A DNA stretch of 64,000 nucleotides from Azonexus sp. (GTDB lineage: Bacteria; Pseudomonadota; Gammaproteobacteria; Burkholderiales; Rhodocyclaceae), in assembly GCA_040275885.1 (NCBI GenBank), contig JBEOKN010000068.1, forward strand, positions 3,263 to 67,262. The letters run 5' to 3'. A model generated the notes under the pieces. The model did no database searches. It worked only from the letters and a program-made list of their open reading frames with translations, and was not told where the DNA came from. Below, piece after piece: positions 37,631-53,294 of this stretch; position 1 is the stretch's first letter, and every line of letters begins with the position of its first letter. Made by a program: the position numbers and the translations under genes.

Positions 37631-39229
37631 GTGACCACGCCATTGCCCCCACTCTCGATCCCCGATCTGCAAGCCGGGTCGCTTTATATTTCGCAGGTGC
37701 CGCTCGCCAACCCGTTGCTTGCCGATCAGCGGCTGATGGCATTCCTTGAGGCGCTGACCGAGAATCCGCCCGCCCCCGATATTCTGCTGTCGCTACTCGA
37801 ACAAACAAGGGCTCCGCTCAGTTTCACCGAGGAGGAGATTGCCCGGCGCTACCATAACAAACCACTGGTTCTCACCGACGAGCAGGAGGCTAGTTTCGAG
37901 CGGGTGGTTTCTGCCTGGCGCCACATGGCCGCGGCTTATTCCATGTGCACTCGCTTGCTCGAGCCGCCCCCCGACGATCCCCAGCATTCCACTCTCGCGG
38001 CACTGGTCCTGCATCGCCGCCTCTACTACACCGGCTTGATCATTGTGGAACACTTCCGCGCACGGCGGGAAGTGCCAGCCGGCATCTGGCAAGAACTTCA
38101 CGGCCATTACGAAACCGCCGAGCAGCTGGGGGTCACTTCGTATCCTGTCCAGGATTCGCTGGAGAACGATCTGCAGGCAACGCACTGCGCGGCAGCCTAT
38201 GTCACTCTGCTACTGATCGATGTTGCCAGTCCTTACGGCAGCAGTGTCCGCGATCTTAATCTTGTCCGCCGCTGGGCCATTATGTGGGCTCCGCTGGTGG
38301 CACTGCATCCGGTCAATGACGAATACGAAGTGCCTCCCTACTTGGTCGAGTTGCGGAAGGATCTGCCACTTCATCCAACCGGCGCCACCGAAAAGATTGG
38401 TTCCGATGCGCGCCTCCTTGACACCAGCCGGCTCGGCCTCCAGCTCAGCCACATGCTTTCACAGCTTCATCAGCGCCTGACGCCATCGCAACTGGGCCTC
38501 GGTGAGGAGACCCCGGGGCATGTCATCAAGATTCTTGAGCGCCTGTCACGGCCATGGACCCAGTCAACATCGCCGCGCCGTTTCCGCCGCTTTGCCTCGG
38601 AAGGCACGGCACGGATCGTCGTCGGTTTCGAAGCCATCCACTTCTTCGTCGGCGGCGAGGAATTCATCCAGCAGGATTCGGCGACAGGTTATTCGCGAGG
38701 CGAATTCGACGAGTTGTTCACATTCCGTGACCGCGTCATGCCGGGACAGCAACTGAAGATCAGAAAGCATGGCGATTTTTCAGCTGATGTATGGACCGTC
38801 ATCAACCATTCGGCCAACGGTTTTCGCCTGAGTCGCAGCCATGCCGGGGAACGCATTGCCCACAGCCAGTTGCTCTCTGTTTGTCCGCATGACGGCGAGC
38901 ATTTTCTCCTTGGGCAGGCGACTTGGCTGATGCAGGAGTACTCGGGAGGCGTGGTATTAGGCATTGCGCTCTTGCCAGGTCTGCCGCAAGCGGTCTCGGT
39001 ACGACGTGCTTCCGGACAACCCGGACACGCGGATCGCTATGTGCGGGCCTTCTTGCTGCCACCAATGGCCACCATTGGCCAGGAAAGCTCGATCGTGATA
39101 CCAACAGGGCTGTATAAAGCCAGTGGCTTGCTTGAAATCGTTGTCGGAGACAAGTCCTGGAAGGTACGCATGCAGCATGTCAGGCAGGGCGGCGTCGATT
39201 TCGACCGGATCAGTTTCGAAACGCTTTGA
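37631..39229 (+). CDS. FimW-like / degenerate PilZ putative c-di-GMP receptor
   Basis: Helical N-terminal region (VPAGIWQELH...AE), RxxxR (RRFRR, 38576-38590), N/DxSxxG (NHSANG, 38804-38821), beta-rich C-terminus. Confidence 0.55.
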   Translation: MTTPLPPLSIPDLQAGSLYISQVPLANPLLADQRLMAFLEALTENPPAPDILLSLLEQTRAPLSFTEEEIARRYHNKPLVLTDEQEASFERVVSAWRHMAAAYSMCTRLLEPPPDDPQHSTLAALVLHRRLYYTGLIIVEHFRARREVPAGIWQELHGHYETAEQLGVTSYPVQDSLENDLQATHCAAAYVTLLLIDVASPYGSSVRDLNLVRRWAIMWAPLVALHPVNDEYEVPPYLVELRKDLPLHPTGATEKIGSDARLLDTSRLGLQLSHMLSQLHQRLTPSQLGLGEETPGHVIKILERLSRPWTQSTSPRRFRRFASEGTARIVVGFEAIHFFVGGEEFIQQDSATGYSRGEFDELFTFRDRVMPGQQLKIRKHGDFSADVWTVINHSANGFRLSRSHAGERIAHSQLLSVCPHDGEHFLLGQATWLMQEYSGGVVLGIALLPGLPQAVSVRRASGQPGHADRYVRAFLLPPMATIGQESSIVIPTGLYKASGLLEIVVGDKSWKVRMQHVRQGGVDFDRISFETL

Positions 39230-39237
39230 TGCCGGTT

Positions 39238-39267
39238 TTCTCAAGGTGACGGCGAGTACGCTAAACT
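39238..39267 (+). promoter_or_regulatory. Putative sigma70 promoter of DUF971-ubiE (TTCTCA-N18-TAAACT)
   Basis: Lies in the 61-nt gap upstream of DUF971; GGAGA SD before the ATG at 39291. Confidence 0.4.
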
Positions 39268-39290
39268 AGCGGCCTTCACTGGAGATTTCT

Positions 39291-39710
39291 ATGGCTGGCA
39301 TCGAACGGGATACGCCGATACCGACGGACATCCGATTGCATAAGAAATCGCGCGTCCTCGAGCTTTGCTACGAGAGCGGCGAGAGGTACGAGTTGGGGTG
39401 CGAGTTTCTGCGGGCTTTCACCCCTTCTGCTGAGGCACGTGGTCATGGCCCCGGGCAGGAAGTGCTGCAGACCGGCAAGCGGAACGTCGAAATCGAACGG
39501 ATTGAACCAGTTGGATCTTATGCCGTGCGGCTTGTCTTTTCCGATGGTCATGACAGCGGCCTCTACTCCTGGGATCTGCTGTACAACCTTGGGCGGCACC
39601 AAGAAGCACTCTGGGATGAGTACTTGAAGCAGATCGAAGCCCAAGGTCTGTCGCGCGATATCGACACGAGTTCACGCCCGAGCGCGGGCAGTTGCGGTCA
39701 ACATCACTGA
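39291..39710 (+). CDS. DUF971 / gamma-butyrobetaine hydroxylase-like N-terminal domain protein
   Basis: [53 protein letters not shown]. Confidence 0.9.
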   Translation: MAGIERDTPIPTDIRLHKKSRVLELCYESGERYELGCEFLRAFTPSAEARGHGPGQEVLQTGKRNVEIERIEPVGSYAVRLVFSDGHDSGLYSWDLLYNLGRHQEALWDEYLKQIEAQGLSRDIDTSSRPSAGSCGQHH

Positions 39711-39714
39711 AACC

Positions 39715-40452
39715 ATGAAAAGCGAAACCACCCATTTCGGCTACGAGACCGTCACCGAAAGCGAAAAGGCGCGACGCGTCGCCGATGTATTCGATTCGGT
39801 CGCCAACCGCTACGACCTGATGAATGACCTGATGTCGGGCGGTTTGCACCGGGTGTGGAAGGCATTCGCCATCCAGCGCAGCGGGGTCCGCGAAGGTACG
39901 CGCGTCCTCGACGTCGCCGGTGGCACGGGCGATCTGGCGCTGGCCTTCGCGAAGATCGCTGGCCAGAGCGGTCAGGTATGGCTGACCGACATCAACAATG
40001 CCATGCTGGCTCGCGGTCGAGATCGCCTGGCCGATAAGGGGCAGATGCTGCCGACCGCTCAATGCGATGCGGAAAAGCTGCCTTTTCCGGATGACTGGTT
40101 CGACTGCGTTTCAGTTGCCTTCGGGCTGCGCAACATGACCCACAAGGATGCGGCGCTGGCCGAGATGTACCGTGTCCTGAGACCGGGCGGCCGGCTTCTG
40201 GTACTCGAGTTTTCGCAGATATGGAAGCCATTGGCGCCGGCCTACGATTTCTATTCGTTTCATGTGATCCCGCGCGTCGGCAAGCTAGTCACCAACGACG
40301 CGGACAGCTACAAATACCTTTCCGAGTCAATCCGTGTCCATCCAGACCAGGAAGAACTCAAACAGATGATGGAAAAGGCTGGTTTCGAGAAGGTCGAGTA
40401 CTTCAACATGGCCCTTGGCGTGGTAGCTCTCCACCGCGGCTTCAAGTTTTAG
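39715..40452 (+). CDS. ubiE: Ubiquinone/menaquinone C-methyltransferase UbiE
   Basis: [52 protein letters not shown]. Confidence 0.97.
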   Translation: MKSETTHFGYETVTESEKARRVADVFDSVANRYDLMNDLMSGGLHRVWKAFAIQRSGVREGTRVLDVAGGTGDLALAFAKIAGQSGQVWLTDINNAMLARGRDRLADKGQMLPTAQCDAEKLPFPDDWFDCVSVAFGLRNMTHKDAALAEMYRVLRPGGRLLVLEFSQIWKPLAPAYDFYSFHVIPRVGKLVTNDADSYKYLSESIRVHPDQEELKQMMEKAGFEKVEYFNMALGVVALHRGFKF

Positions 40453-40464
40453 GCCGGGGGATTG

Positions 40465-41319
40465 ATGAAACGGTTTTGGTTGATGTTGTGCGCAGGCGTA
40501 CTCTCTTTCGGCCTGGCCGTTTCCACCGCCGAGGCGAAACGTCTTGGCCACGGCGCTTCCAAGGGCATTGAGCGTGGGTCGGTGACACAAAAGCAACCCG
40601 CCCCGCATTCTGCCGGCACTTCGGCGGCACCTGTGCCCAAACGTAGCTGGATGGGACCACTGGCCGGCCTCGCCGCTGGTCTTGGGCTCGCCGCGCTGCT
40701 CACCCATTTCGGTCTTGGACAAGGTCTGGCTGATATGCTGCTGGTTGCGGTTTTCGCCGGGGCTGCCATCTTCCTGTTGTGGATGCTGTTGCGCAAGCGC
40801 GTGATCAATCGTGGCTCGCTGGACGAGTCGATCCAGTACGCGGGCGTCGGCGGTCCCGGCATGGCGCCAGCAACAGAACTGCTGTTTCATACGCCTGATG
40901 GCGAACCGTTGGAGCCGAAAGTTTCGATACCGGTTCAGCGCGTCATTCCAGCCGATTTTGATCGGGATGCCTTTCTCGAAGTCGCCAAGCGCAACTTCTT
41001 GCGCCTGCAGGCTGCCAACAATGCATGCAACCTTGACGACATGCGTGAGCTAACGACGCCGGAGATGTTTGCCGAGTTCGAACTGGAGCTTGCCGATCGG
41101 CATGGAGCACGGCAGATCACCGATTTTCTGACTTTGGCTGGCGAACTGCTCGAGGTTCTCGGCGAACCTGCGCGGCATGTTGCCGCCGTGCGTTTCTACG
41201 GAATGAACCGTGAGAACGACGAAGCGCCGGCACAGCCGTTCGATGAAATCTGGCATCTGGTCCAGCCGGCGGACGGGGGTCGCGGCTGGCTCCTTGCCGG
41301 AATTCAGCAGCTCACCTAA
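40465..41319 (+). CDS. Tim44 domain protein
   Basis: Signal peptide-AEAKR, SWMGPLAGLAAG, FDRDAFL...FLRLQAA, FDEIWHL, WLLAGIQQ. Confidence 0.9.
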   Translation: MKRFWLMLCAGVLSFGLAVSTAEAKRLGHGASKGIERGSVTQKQPAPHSAGTSAAPVPKRSWMGPLAGLAAGLGLAALLTHFGLGQGLADMLLVAVFAGAAIFLLWMLLRKRVINRGSLDESIQYAGVGGPGMAPATELLFHTPDGEPLEPKVSIPVQRVIPADFDRDAFLEVAKRNFLRLQAANNACNLDDMRELTTPEMFAEFELELADRHGARQITDFLTLAGELLEVLGEPARHVAAVRFYGMNRENDEAPAQPFDEIWHLVQPADGGRGWLLAGIQQLT

Positions 41320-41894
41320 TGACGGCACTGGTTGACCTGCTGGTTCCTGTCCTCAATCACCTGCTGGCGAATGAGGACTGGGCCCGTCAGCGTCTAGAGT
41401 CGTATGCTGGGCAGACTTTTCGAATCGAGGGTGGCCCTGACCCGCTGCCGATGACAGTGACCGAGACTGGATCGCTCCGTCCGGCCGGGCCGGACGATGC
41501 TGCTGCCGTGACGGTGGCCTTCCCGTCCGATGCCATCTTCCGCCTGCTTACTGATCCGCAAAGTATCATTTCCTCTGCCAGATTGACTGGGGCGGCAAAT
41601 TTTGCCGAGACTCTTGCCTTTGTCTTCAGAAACCTGCGCTGGGACTACGAGGCCGACCTTGCGGGGGTGGTTGGCGATGTTCCGGCCCACCGGATCGCGC
41701 GGTTGTTCGCAGACGGCCTGGCCTGGCAACGCTCGACACTACAGAGGCTCGGCGCCAATCTAACCGAGTTCGCAACCGAGGAGTCCGCACTAGTCACGCG
41801 AGCCTCTGATCTCGAACAGTTTTGCAGTGACGTCGACCATCTGCGCGACGAGCTTGCCCGTCTGGAAAAGCGGATTGCCCGGCTATCTGCCTAG
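41319..41894 (+). CDS. ubiJ: Ubiquinone biosynthesis accessory factor UbiJ (SCP2)
   Basis: LNHLLANEDWARQRL, LRWDYEADLAGVVGD, C-terminal coiled coil VDHLRDELARLEKRIARL. Confidence 0.88.
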   Translation: MTALVDLLVPVLNHLLANEDWARQRLESYAGQTFRIEGGPDPLPMTVTETGSLRPAGPDDAAAVTVAFPSDAIFRLLTDPQSIISSARLTGAANFAETLAFVFRNLRWDYEADLAGVVGDVPAHRIARLFADGLAWQRSTLQRLGANLTEFATEESALVTRASDLEQFCSDVDHLRDELARLEKRIARLSA

Positions 41895-41908
41895 CCGATT
41901 GGAGCAAC

Positions 41909-41937
41909 AAAAAAGGCAGCCGCAGCTGCCTTTTTTT
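41909..41937. terminator. Bidirectional rho-independent terminator between ubiJ and atpC
   Basis: AAAAAAGGCAGC-CGCA-GCTGCCTTTTTTT; perfect stem with A- and T-tracts on both sides. Confidence 0.9.
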
Positions 41938-41954
41938 GGTTGCCACACACGCTC

Positions 41955-42383
41955 TCAGTGGCTAGACTTGCTACGCAAGCGCTGGATTGCCCGCAACTGC
42001 GCAATCGCCTGAGCAAGTTCGGCTTCGGCTGACGCGTAGTCCATTGCCGCCTTGCGACTGGCAAGCGCTTCCTCGGCGCGCCTTTTCGCTTCTATCGCCT
42101 TGGCTTCATCCAGATCGTGGGCACGAATAGCAGTATCTGCCAAGACGGTAACCATACCAGGCTGAACTTCCAGCATACCGCCGGACACATAGACCAGTTC
42201 GAAATCGTTCTGGCCCTGCACCTTGAGACGGATAGTGCCCGGTTTGATTCGCGTGAGCAGCGGGGTGTGATGAGGGAGGATGCCGAGTTCCCCAGCTTCG
42301 CCCGGAAACACCCCGAATTCGACCTCACCAGAGAAGATGGACTCTTCGGCGCTAACCACATCACAATGAACAGAAATGGCCAT
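41955..42383 (-). CDS. atpC: F1 ATP synthase epsilon
   Basis: [43 protein letters not shown]. Confidence 0.97.
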   Translation of the reverse strand: MAISVHCDVVSAEESIFSGEVEFGVFPGEAGELGILPHHTPLLTRIKPGTIRLKVQGQNDFELVYVSGGMLEVQPGMVTVLADTAIRAHDLDEAKAIEAKRRAEEALASRKAAMDYASAEAELAQAIAQLRAIQRLRSKSSH

Positions 42384-42408
42384 AAATGGCTCCTATGCTG
42401 ACGACGCC

Positions 42409-44713
<2,305 letters not shown>

Positions 44714-44727
44714 GGCTTTCTCCTAGA

Positions 44728-46266
<1,539 letters not shown>

Positions 46267-46275
46267 GAGTTTCTC

Positions 46276-46812
46276 CTAGTTGTTCAGTGCCGTAGCCATT
46301 GTGTCGAGCTTGGCGCGGACAGACGCATCCAGCACCTGGTCGCCGACGATTACCTTGATACCGCCAATCAGTTCCGGATCGACCGAAACGAAAGCCTCAA
46401 GCTTTGACTTGAATACCGTCTCGAGTTGCGGAAGAAGCGCCTTGACCTGGGAAGCGTCGATCGGGAAGGCCGAAACGATCTTGGCTTGCTTGGTGCCTTC
46501 TTCGGCCTGCTTGTAACTTTCGTACAAGGCGCCAATTTCGGGCAACAGCGCAAGACGGTCATTGTCGGAAAGCAGCTGGATAAAATTGGCCAGCTCCGCA
46601 TCTACCGTGTTGCCGCAGGCAGACCGGAACAGGTCGACCAGTTGCCCGGCCGCCACGTTGGGGTCGCCAATAGCCTCGCGGGCTTCGGGATTGCTAGCCA
46701 CCTCGACAAGCTTGCCTACCGGCATCGACCAGCTGGCCAGATTGCCGCTTTCCTTGGCCACACGAAACAGCGCCTCGGCGTAAGGGCGGGCGATAGTGAC
46801 GGATTCGGCCAT
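46276..46812 (-). CDS. atpH: F1 ATP synthase delta
   Basis: TIARPYAEALF, VDPELIGG, DASVRAKL. Confidence 0.97.
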   Translation of the reverse strand: MAESVTIARPYAEALFRVAKESGNLASWSMPVGKLVEVASNPEAREAIGDPNVAAGQLVDLFRSACGNTVDAELANFIQLLSDNDRLALLPEIGALYESYKQAEEGTKQAKIVSAFPIDASQVKALLPQLETVFKSKLEAFVSVDPELIGGIKVIVGDQVLDASVRAKLDTMATALNN

Positions 46813-46816
46813 TTGC

Positions 46817-47287
46817 TTACAGGTCCTGTTTCAGGCCGGCCAGCATGTCGGCATGCGCGGACGCGTTGATTTCCTTGCGCAGGATCTTCTCGGCGCCGAC
46901 AACCGCCAGTTCGGCGACGCGTTCACGCAAGTGCTGCTTGGCGCGCTCGACCTCCTGGTCGATCTCGGCCTTGGCGCCGGCGACAACCTTGTCGGCCTCG
47001 ACCTTGGCGTTGGTCTTGGCTTCGTCGACGATCTGCTGCGCACGCTTTTCGGCTTGCGCCACGAATTCCGCGGATTTCTCCTTGGCTTGACGCAGGGCAT
47101 CAGCGGAACGCTTGGCGGCAAGCTCTTGCTCATGCTTGCCACGTTCGGCCGCTGCCAGGCCTTCAGCGATCTGCGCTTGACGGTCGGCCATCGCCTTTTG
47201 CAACGGCGGCCAGACATACTTCATCGTGATCCAGATGAAGAGTGCAAACCAGATTGCCTGACCAATCAGTGTAGCGTTAATGCTCAC
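46817..47287 (-). CDS. atpF: Fo subunit b
   Basis: [14 protein letters not shown]...KYVWPPL, GAEKIL. Confidence 0.97.
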   Translation of the reverse strand: MSINATLIGQAIWFALFIWITMKYVWPPLQKAMADRQAQIAEGLAAAERGKHEQELAAKRSADALRQAKEKSAEFVAQAEKRAQQIVDEAKTNAKVEADKVVAGAKAEIDQEVERAKQHLRERVAELAVVGAEKILRKEINASAHADMLAGLKQDL

Positions 47288-47327
47288 GCTAACCTCCTAG
47301 TAATAAGGGTTACAGGCGCGCGGATGA

Positions 47328-48828
<1,501 letters not shown>

Positions 48829-48854
48829 GGCAGGCCCCGATTGAAAACCCCGTT

Positions 48855-48883
48855 ATTATATTGGGGTCTTATAGATGAGTCAA
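48855..48883 (-). promoter_or_regulatory. Near-consensus sigma70 promoter of the atp operon (TTGACT-N17-TATAAT)
   Basis: -35 at 48883-48878, -10 at 48860-48855, exact 17-nt spacer. Confidence 0.85.
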
Positions 48884-48948
48884 TTGCTGCGTTGCACAAA
48901 GGCACTTTTTTCTCCACGTCGGAGACACTTTTCGGGTTCTTCCATCAA

Positions 48949-49803
48949 TCACCCGCGCAGAAGTGAAATGAGGCCGTCCAGTTGGTCGAGACTTCCGAAT
49001 TCGATGGTGACTTTGCCGGCACCCTTCTTGTTGGAGCGGATCGCAACATTTGTCCCGAGGCCATCGGAAAGCTCTTCTTGCAGGCGAAGTAGATCACGGT
49101 CAGGATTTTCTTCCGGAGATCTCTTGGGCGGTTTCAGCAGATGCTGCACCAGTCGCTCCGCTTCGCGTACGGACAGCCCTTTTTGTGCGATACGCTGGGC
49201 CAGGGCCACCTGCTGCACCCCCGCCAGCGGCAGGAGAGCCCGGGCATGGCCCATGTCGAGCTTGCCGGACAGCAGCAATTCCTGGACCGCCGCAGTCAAC
49301 TGCAACAATCGCAGCAGATTGGTTGCAGTCGGGCGCGAGCGCCCGACTGCGTCGGCGGCCTGCTGGTGCGTCAGGCCGAACTCGTCGATCAGCCGTTGCA
49401 GGCCTTGTGCTTCTTCAAGGGGATTCAGGTTTTCGCGCTGAATGTTCTCGATCAGCGCCATTGCCAGCGCCTGCTCGTCGGGAATTCTGCGGATCAGCAC
49501 CGGCACTTCCGCGAGGCCCGCCAGCTGCGCGGCCCGCCAGCGCCGTTCGCCGGCGACAATTTCGTAGCGCTCCGCACCCGGCGTGCCGTCGACGGCACGC
49601 ACCAGGATCGGCTGCATGATGCCCTGGACCCTGATCGAGGCCGCCAGTTCGCCCAGCGAACCTTCATCCATCTGCGTGCGCGGCTGATACTTGCCGGGGC
49701 GCAGTCGGTCTACCGGCAGGCTCCGCTGCTCGTCTCCATGTGGTCTGTCGCTGCCGGAAAGCAGCGCGTCGAGACCGCGGCCGAGTCCTTTCATCTTGAT
49801 CAT
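48949..49803 (-). CDS. parB: Chromosome partitioning protein ParB
   Basis: KGLGRGLDALL, YQPR, QPILVR, IVAGERRWRAA, IENIQRENLNPLEEA, HTH. Confidence 0.97.
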   Translation of the reverse strand: MIKMKGLGRGLDALLSGSDRPHGDEQRSLPVDRLRPGKYQPRTQMDEGSLGELAASIRVQGIMQPILVRAVDGTPGAERYEIVAGERRWRAAQLAGLAEVPVLIRRIPDEQALAMALIENIQRENLNPLEEAQGLQRLIDEFGLTHQQAADAVGRSRPTATNLLRLLQLTAAVQELLLSGKLDMGHARALLPLAGVQQVALAQRIAQKGLSVREAERLVQHLLKPPKRSPEENPDRDLLRLQEELSDGLGTNVAIRSNKKGAGKVTIEFGSLDQLDGLISLLRG

Positions 49804-50561
49804 GGGGCGAACCTTTCGAGAATTTCCCTGGCGAGGGCGCTGTAGGCCTGCGCACCCTTCGAGTTCTTGTCAAAGGCGATGACCGGCTTGCCGTAGGACG
49901 GCGCCTCGGCCAGCCGGACATTGCGCGGCACGATGGTCCGGTAAACCTTGTTGCCGAAATGGCGCTCCAGCTCGCCGGAGACCTGCTGGGTCAACGTGCT
50001 CTGCGCGTTGTACATGGTGCGCAGCAGGCCCTCGATTTCGAGACGGGAATTGAGATGGGCTCGCACCTTGCGCAGGGTCTCGACGAGGTCGGAGAGCCCT
50101 TCCAGAGCGTAGTACTCGCACTGCATCGGAATCAGGACGGAATCGGCGGCAACCAACCCGTTGACCGTCAGCATGTTGAGCGCCGGCGGACAGTCGATCA
50201 GTATGAAGTCGTAGCTGGCATGGCCGGCTAGCAGAGCATTCTTCAGCCGATACTCGCGCTCCTTGAGCCCGATCAGTTCGACCTCGGCGCCAGCCAGTTC
50301 GCGGTTGGCAGGAATGATGGCGAAACCGAAATCGGTCCTGAGGCTGACTTCGGCCAGCTTGGCGGCCCCGAGCAGCAATTGATAGACGGTAGGCAACGCT
50401 TCCTGCTTGGTCACCCCGGCCCCGGTCGTGGCATTGCCCTGCGGATCGAGGTCGATCAACAGAACCCGCCTGCCCTCGGCCGCCAGCGAGGCGGCCAGAT
50501 TGACCGCCGTCGTCGTCTTGCCGACGCCACCTTTCTGATTGGTTATGGCGAGTACTTTCAT
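49800..50561 (-). CDS. parA: ParA/Soj ATPase
   Basis: [44 protein letters not shown]. Confidence 0.97.
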   Translation of the reverse strand: MKVLAITNQKGGVGKTTTAVNLAASLAAEGRRVLLIDLDPQGNATTGAGVTKQEALPTVYQLLLGAAKLAEVSLRTDFGFAIIPANRELAGAEVELIGLKEREYRLKNALLAGHASYDFILIDCPPALNMLTVNGLVAADSVLIPMQCEYYALEGLSDLVETLRKVRAHLNSRLEIEGLLRTMYNAQSTLTQQVSGELERHFGNKVYRTIVPRNVRLAEAPSYGKPVIAFDKNSKGAQAYSALAREILERFAP

Positions 50562-51175
50562 GGCACCGCTTTCAAAATGATCAAATGTCGTTCGGCATCC
50601 AGCCCGGGCACGGCGAGACGGATCATCGCTTCAACCTTGCAGTTGGCAGGCAGTACGGCTATTTCAGCGTCGGGTCGTGCGCCTTTCATGGCCAACCAGC
50701 GACCACCCGGTGCCAGCCTGTGTCGCGTCAGGCTGACAAAGAGCGCCAATTCGGCGAAGGCGCGCGAGCTGATCTGGGCGTATTGTCCCCGCATTTCCTC
50801 GACTCGGGCATGGTGGACCGCAACATTCTTTAATTCAAGCTCGATCGCGACCTGCTGGAGAAAGGCGGCTTTCTTCTGCACAGTGTCCACCAGCGTAACC
50901 GCCAGGTCGGGGTGGGCAATCGCCAGCGGAATGCCCGGCAGGCCGCCACCGCTGCCCACATCAAGCAAGGGACTGGTGCCGACGTGCGGCAGAATGGCGA
51001 GCGCATCGAGCAGGTGATGCGAAATGGCCTGCTGCGGATCGCGCAGCGCGGTCAGGTTGTAGGTCCGGTTCCACTTAAGCAACAAGTCGCGGAAGGCCAG
51101 CAGCTTCAGCTGCGCCGCTTCGGGCAGCGCAATTCCGAGGGCGGTCAGGCCGGCCGCCAGCGTCATCGTGCTCAT
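50558..51175 (-). CDS. rsmG: 16S rRNA m7G527 methyltransferase RsmG (GidB)
   Basis: [40 protein letters not shown]. Confidence 0.97.
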   Translation of the reverse strand: MSTMTLAAGLTALGIALPEAAQLKLLAFRDLLLKWNRTYNLTALRDPQQAISHHLLDALAILPHVGTSPLLDVGSGGGLPGIPLAIAHPDLAVTLVDTVQKKAAFLQQVAIELELKNVAVHHARVEEMRGQYAQISSRAFAELALFVSLTRHRLAPGGRWLAMKGARPDAEIAVLPANCKVEAMIRLAVPGLDAERHLIILKAVP

Positions 51176-53070
51176 GCCGCCCGCGCGAGGCTCAAGCGCT
51201 TCAGGTGGACCAAAAGCAACGAGATCGCCGCCGGAGTTATTCCCTGGATTCGCGAGGCCTGGCCGATGGTCTGCGGCCGATGCTGAGCAAGTCTCTGCCG
51301 GACCTCGTTGGACAAGGCGGTGACGCTGGCGTAATCAAGATCAGCAGGCAGAATCATGCCTTCATAGGCGGTCGACCGCGCGACCTCCTCCGCCTGACGA
51401 TCGACATACCCCTGATACTTGGCGGAGATCTCGAGTTGTTCGACGACTAGCGGGTCACTGGTTCCCTCAACCCGACCGGCGCCGGCGCCGGTCAGCGTCA
51501 TCAGTTCGCCGTAGGTGATCTCCGGACGGCGCAGCAGATCGAACAGACTATATTCGTGCTCGATGGCTTTGCCGAGAACGCGCAAGGCATCTTCGGCGGG
51601 AAGGATCTTCGGATTGACCCAGGTCGATTTCAGGCGCTCCTGTTCGGCCGCGACCGCATCGCGCTTCCTGCAGAAGAATTCCCAGCGCACGTCGCCCACC
51701 AGGCCGAGTGCGCGACCGTGTTCGGTCAGGCGCAGGTCAGCGTTGTCCTCGCGCAGACTGAGGCGATACTCGGCGCGACTGGTGAACATCCGGTAGGGGT
51801 CGGAAACGCCGCGCGTGATCAGGTCATCGACCAGTACGCCGAGGTAAGCCTCGTCGCGCCTCGGACACCAGCCCGCTTCGCCAAGCACGGAGCGCGCCGC
51901 ATTGACGCCGGCGAGCAGACCCTGGGCGGCGGCTTCCTCGTAGCCGGTCGTGCCGTTGATCTGGCCGGCGAAGAACAGACCGCCGATGGCCTTGGTTTCC
52001 AGCGTGTCCTTGAGGGCGCGCGGGTCATAGAAGTCGTATTCGATGGCGTAGCCGGGACGCAGGATATGGCAGTTTTCCAAGCCGCGGATCGAGCGCACCA
52101 GCGCCAGCTGGATGTCGAACGGCAGGCTCGTCGACACGCCGTTGGGGTAGATCTCCAGCGTCCTCAGGCCTTCCGGTTCGAGGAAGACGTTATGACTGGT
52201 CTTGTCGGCGAAGCGGTGGATCTTGTCTTCGATCGACGGGCAGTAGCGCGGGCCGACCCCCTCGATGACACCGGTGTACATCGGCGAACGGTCGAGGCCG
52301 CAGCGGATGATGTCGTGCGTGCGCTGGTTAGTTTCGGTGATCCAGCAGGGCAGTTGCTTCGGGTGCTGGGCGGCGTTGCCGAGGAAGGAAAACACCGGCA
52401 GCGGCTCGTCCGAATGCTGCTCTTCCAGCTCCGAGAAATCGATAGTCTTGCCGTCGAGACGCGGCGGCGTGCCTGTCTTTAGCCGCCCCTGCGGCAGCTT
52501 GAGTTCTTTCAAGCGGGCGGCCAGCGAAACCGAGGGGGGATCGCCCATGCGGCCGCCGGTATAGTTTGCCAGCCCGACGTGGATCTTGCCGTTGAGGAAG
52601 GTGCCTGCGGTCAACACCACGGCAGAGGCAAAAAAACGGATGCCCAGTTGCGTCACCGCGCCGCAAACCTTGTCGCCTTCGACGATCAGGTCATCGCAGG
52701 CTTCGGCGAAGATGGTCAGATTGGGCTGATTTTCCAGGCGGCCACGGATCGCCTGCTTGTACAACACGCGATCGGCCTGCGCACGTGTTGCCCGCACCGC
52801 CGGGCCTTTCGAGGCGTTCAGGATGCGGAACTGGATGCCGGCCTCGTCGGTGGCGGCCGCCATCGCGCCACCCAGCGCATCGACCTCGCGCACCAGATGC
52901 CCCTTGCCGATGCCGCCAATCGACGGATTGCAGCTCATCGCCCCCAACGTGTCGAGGTTGTGCGTGAGCAGCAGCGTGTTCGCACCCGACCGCGCGGCGG
53001 CAAGCGCAGCCTCGGTGCCGGCATGGCCGCCACCGACGACGATGACATCGAAACGGGTTGGATAGAGCAT
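51172..53070 (-). CDS. mnmG: tRNA uridine 5-carboxymethylaminomethyl modification enzyme MnmG (GidA)
   Basis: [54 protein letters not shown]. Confidence 0.98.
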   Translation of the reverse strand: MLYPTRFDVIVVGGGHAGTEAALAAARSGANTLLLTHNLDTLGAMSCNPSIGGIGKGHLVREVDALGGAMAAATDEAGIQFRILNASKGPAVRATRAQADRVLYKQAIRGRLENQPNLTIFAEACDDLIVEGDKVCGAVTQLGIRFFASAVVLTAGTFLNGKIHVGLANYTGGRMGDPPSVSLAARLKELKLPQGRLKTGTPPRLDGKTIDFSELEEQHSDEPLPVFSFLGNAAQHPKQLPCWITETNQRTHDIIRCGLDRSPMYTGVIEGVGPRYCPSIEDKIHRFADKTSHNVFLEPEGLRTLEIYPNGVSTSLPFDIQLALVRSIRGLENCHILRPGYAIEYDFYDPRALKDTLETKAIGGLFFAGQINGTTGYEEAAAQGLLAGVNAARSVLGEAGWCPRRDEAYLGVLVDDLITRGVSDPYRMFTSRAEYRLSLREDNADLRLTEHGRALGLVGDVRWEFFCRKRDAVAAEQERLKSTWVNPKILPAEDALRVLGKAIEHEYSLFDLLRRPEITYGELMTLTGAGAGRVEGTSDPLVVEQLEISAKYQGYVDRQAEEVARSTAYEGMILPADLDYASVTALSNEVRQRLAQHRPQTIGQASRIQGITPAAISLLLVHLKRLSLARAA

Positions 53071-53294
53071 GGATACAGGGGGATTGCGGCACAGTAGTGG
53101 GTGCCGGATTTTACGTCAGGGCGCTGAAAAGTAACAGGTTTTCCCTGCTTTCCCCGACCTGTTCAGCGGTAGCCCGCCGCGCCCCGCAACATTCGGTAAC
53201 AACTTTCCTGGCATAGCCATTCATCCGATCGGACAGACGCACGTTACTTGGTTGAAAGAGCGGTAAGCTTTGCCTGCGGCCGCATTCGACGGAG

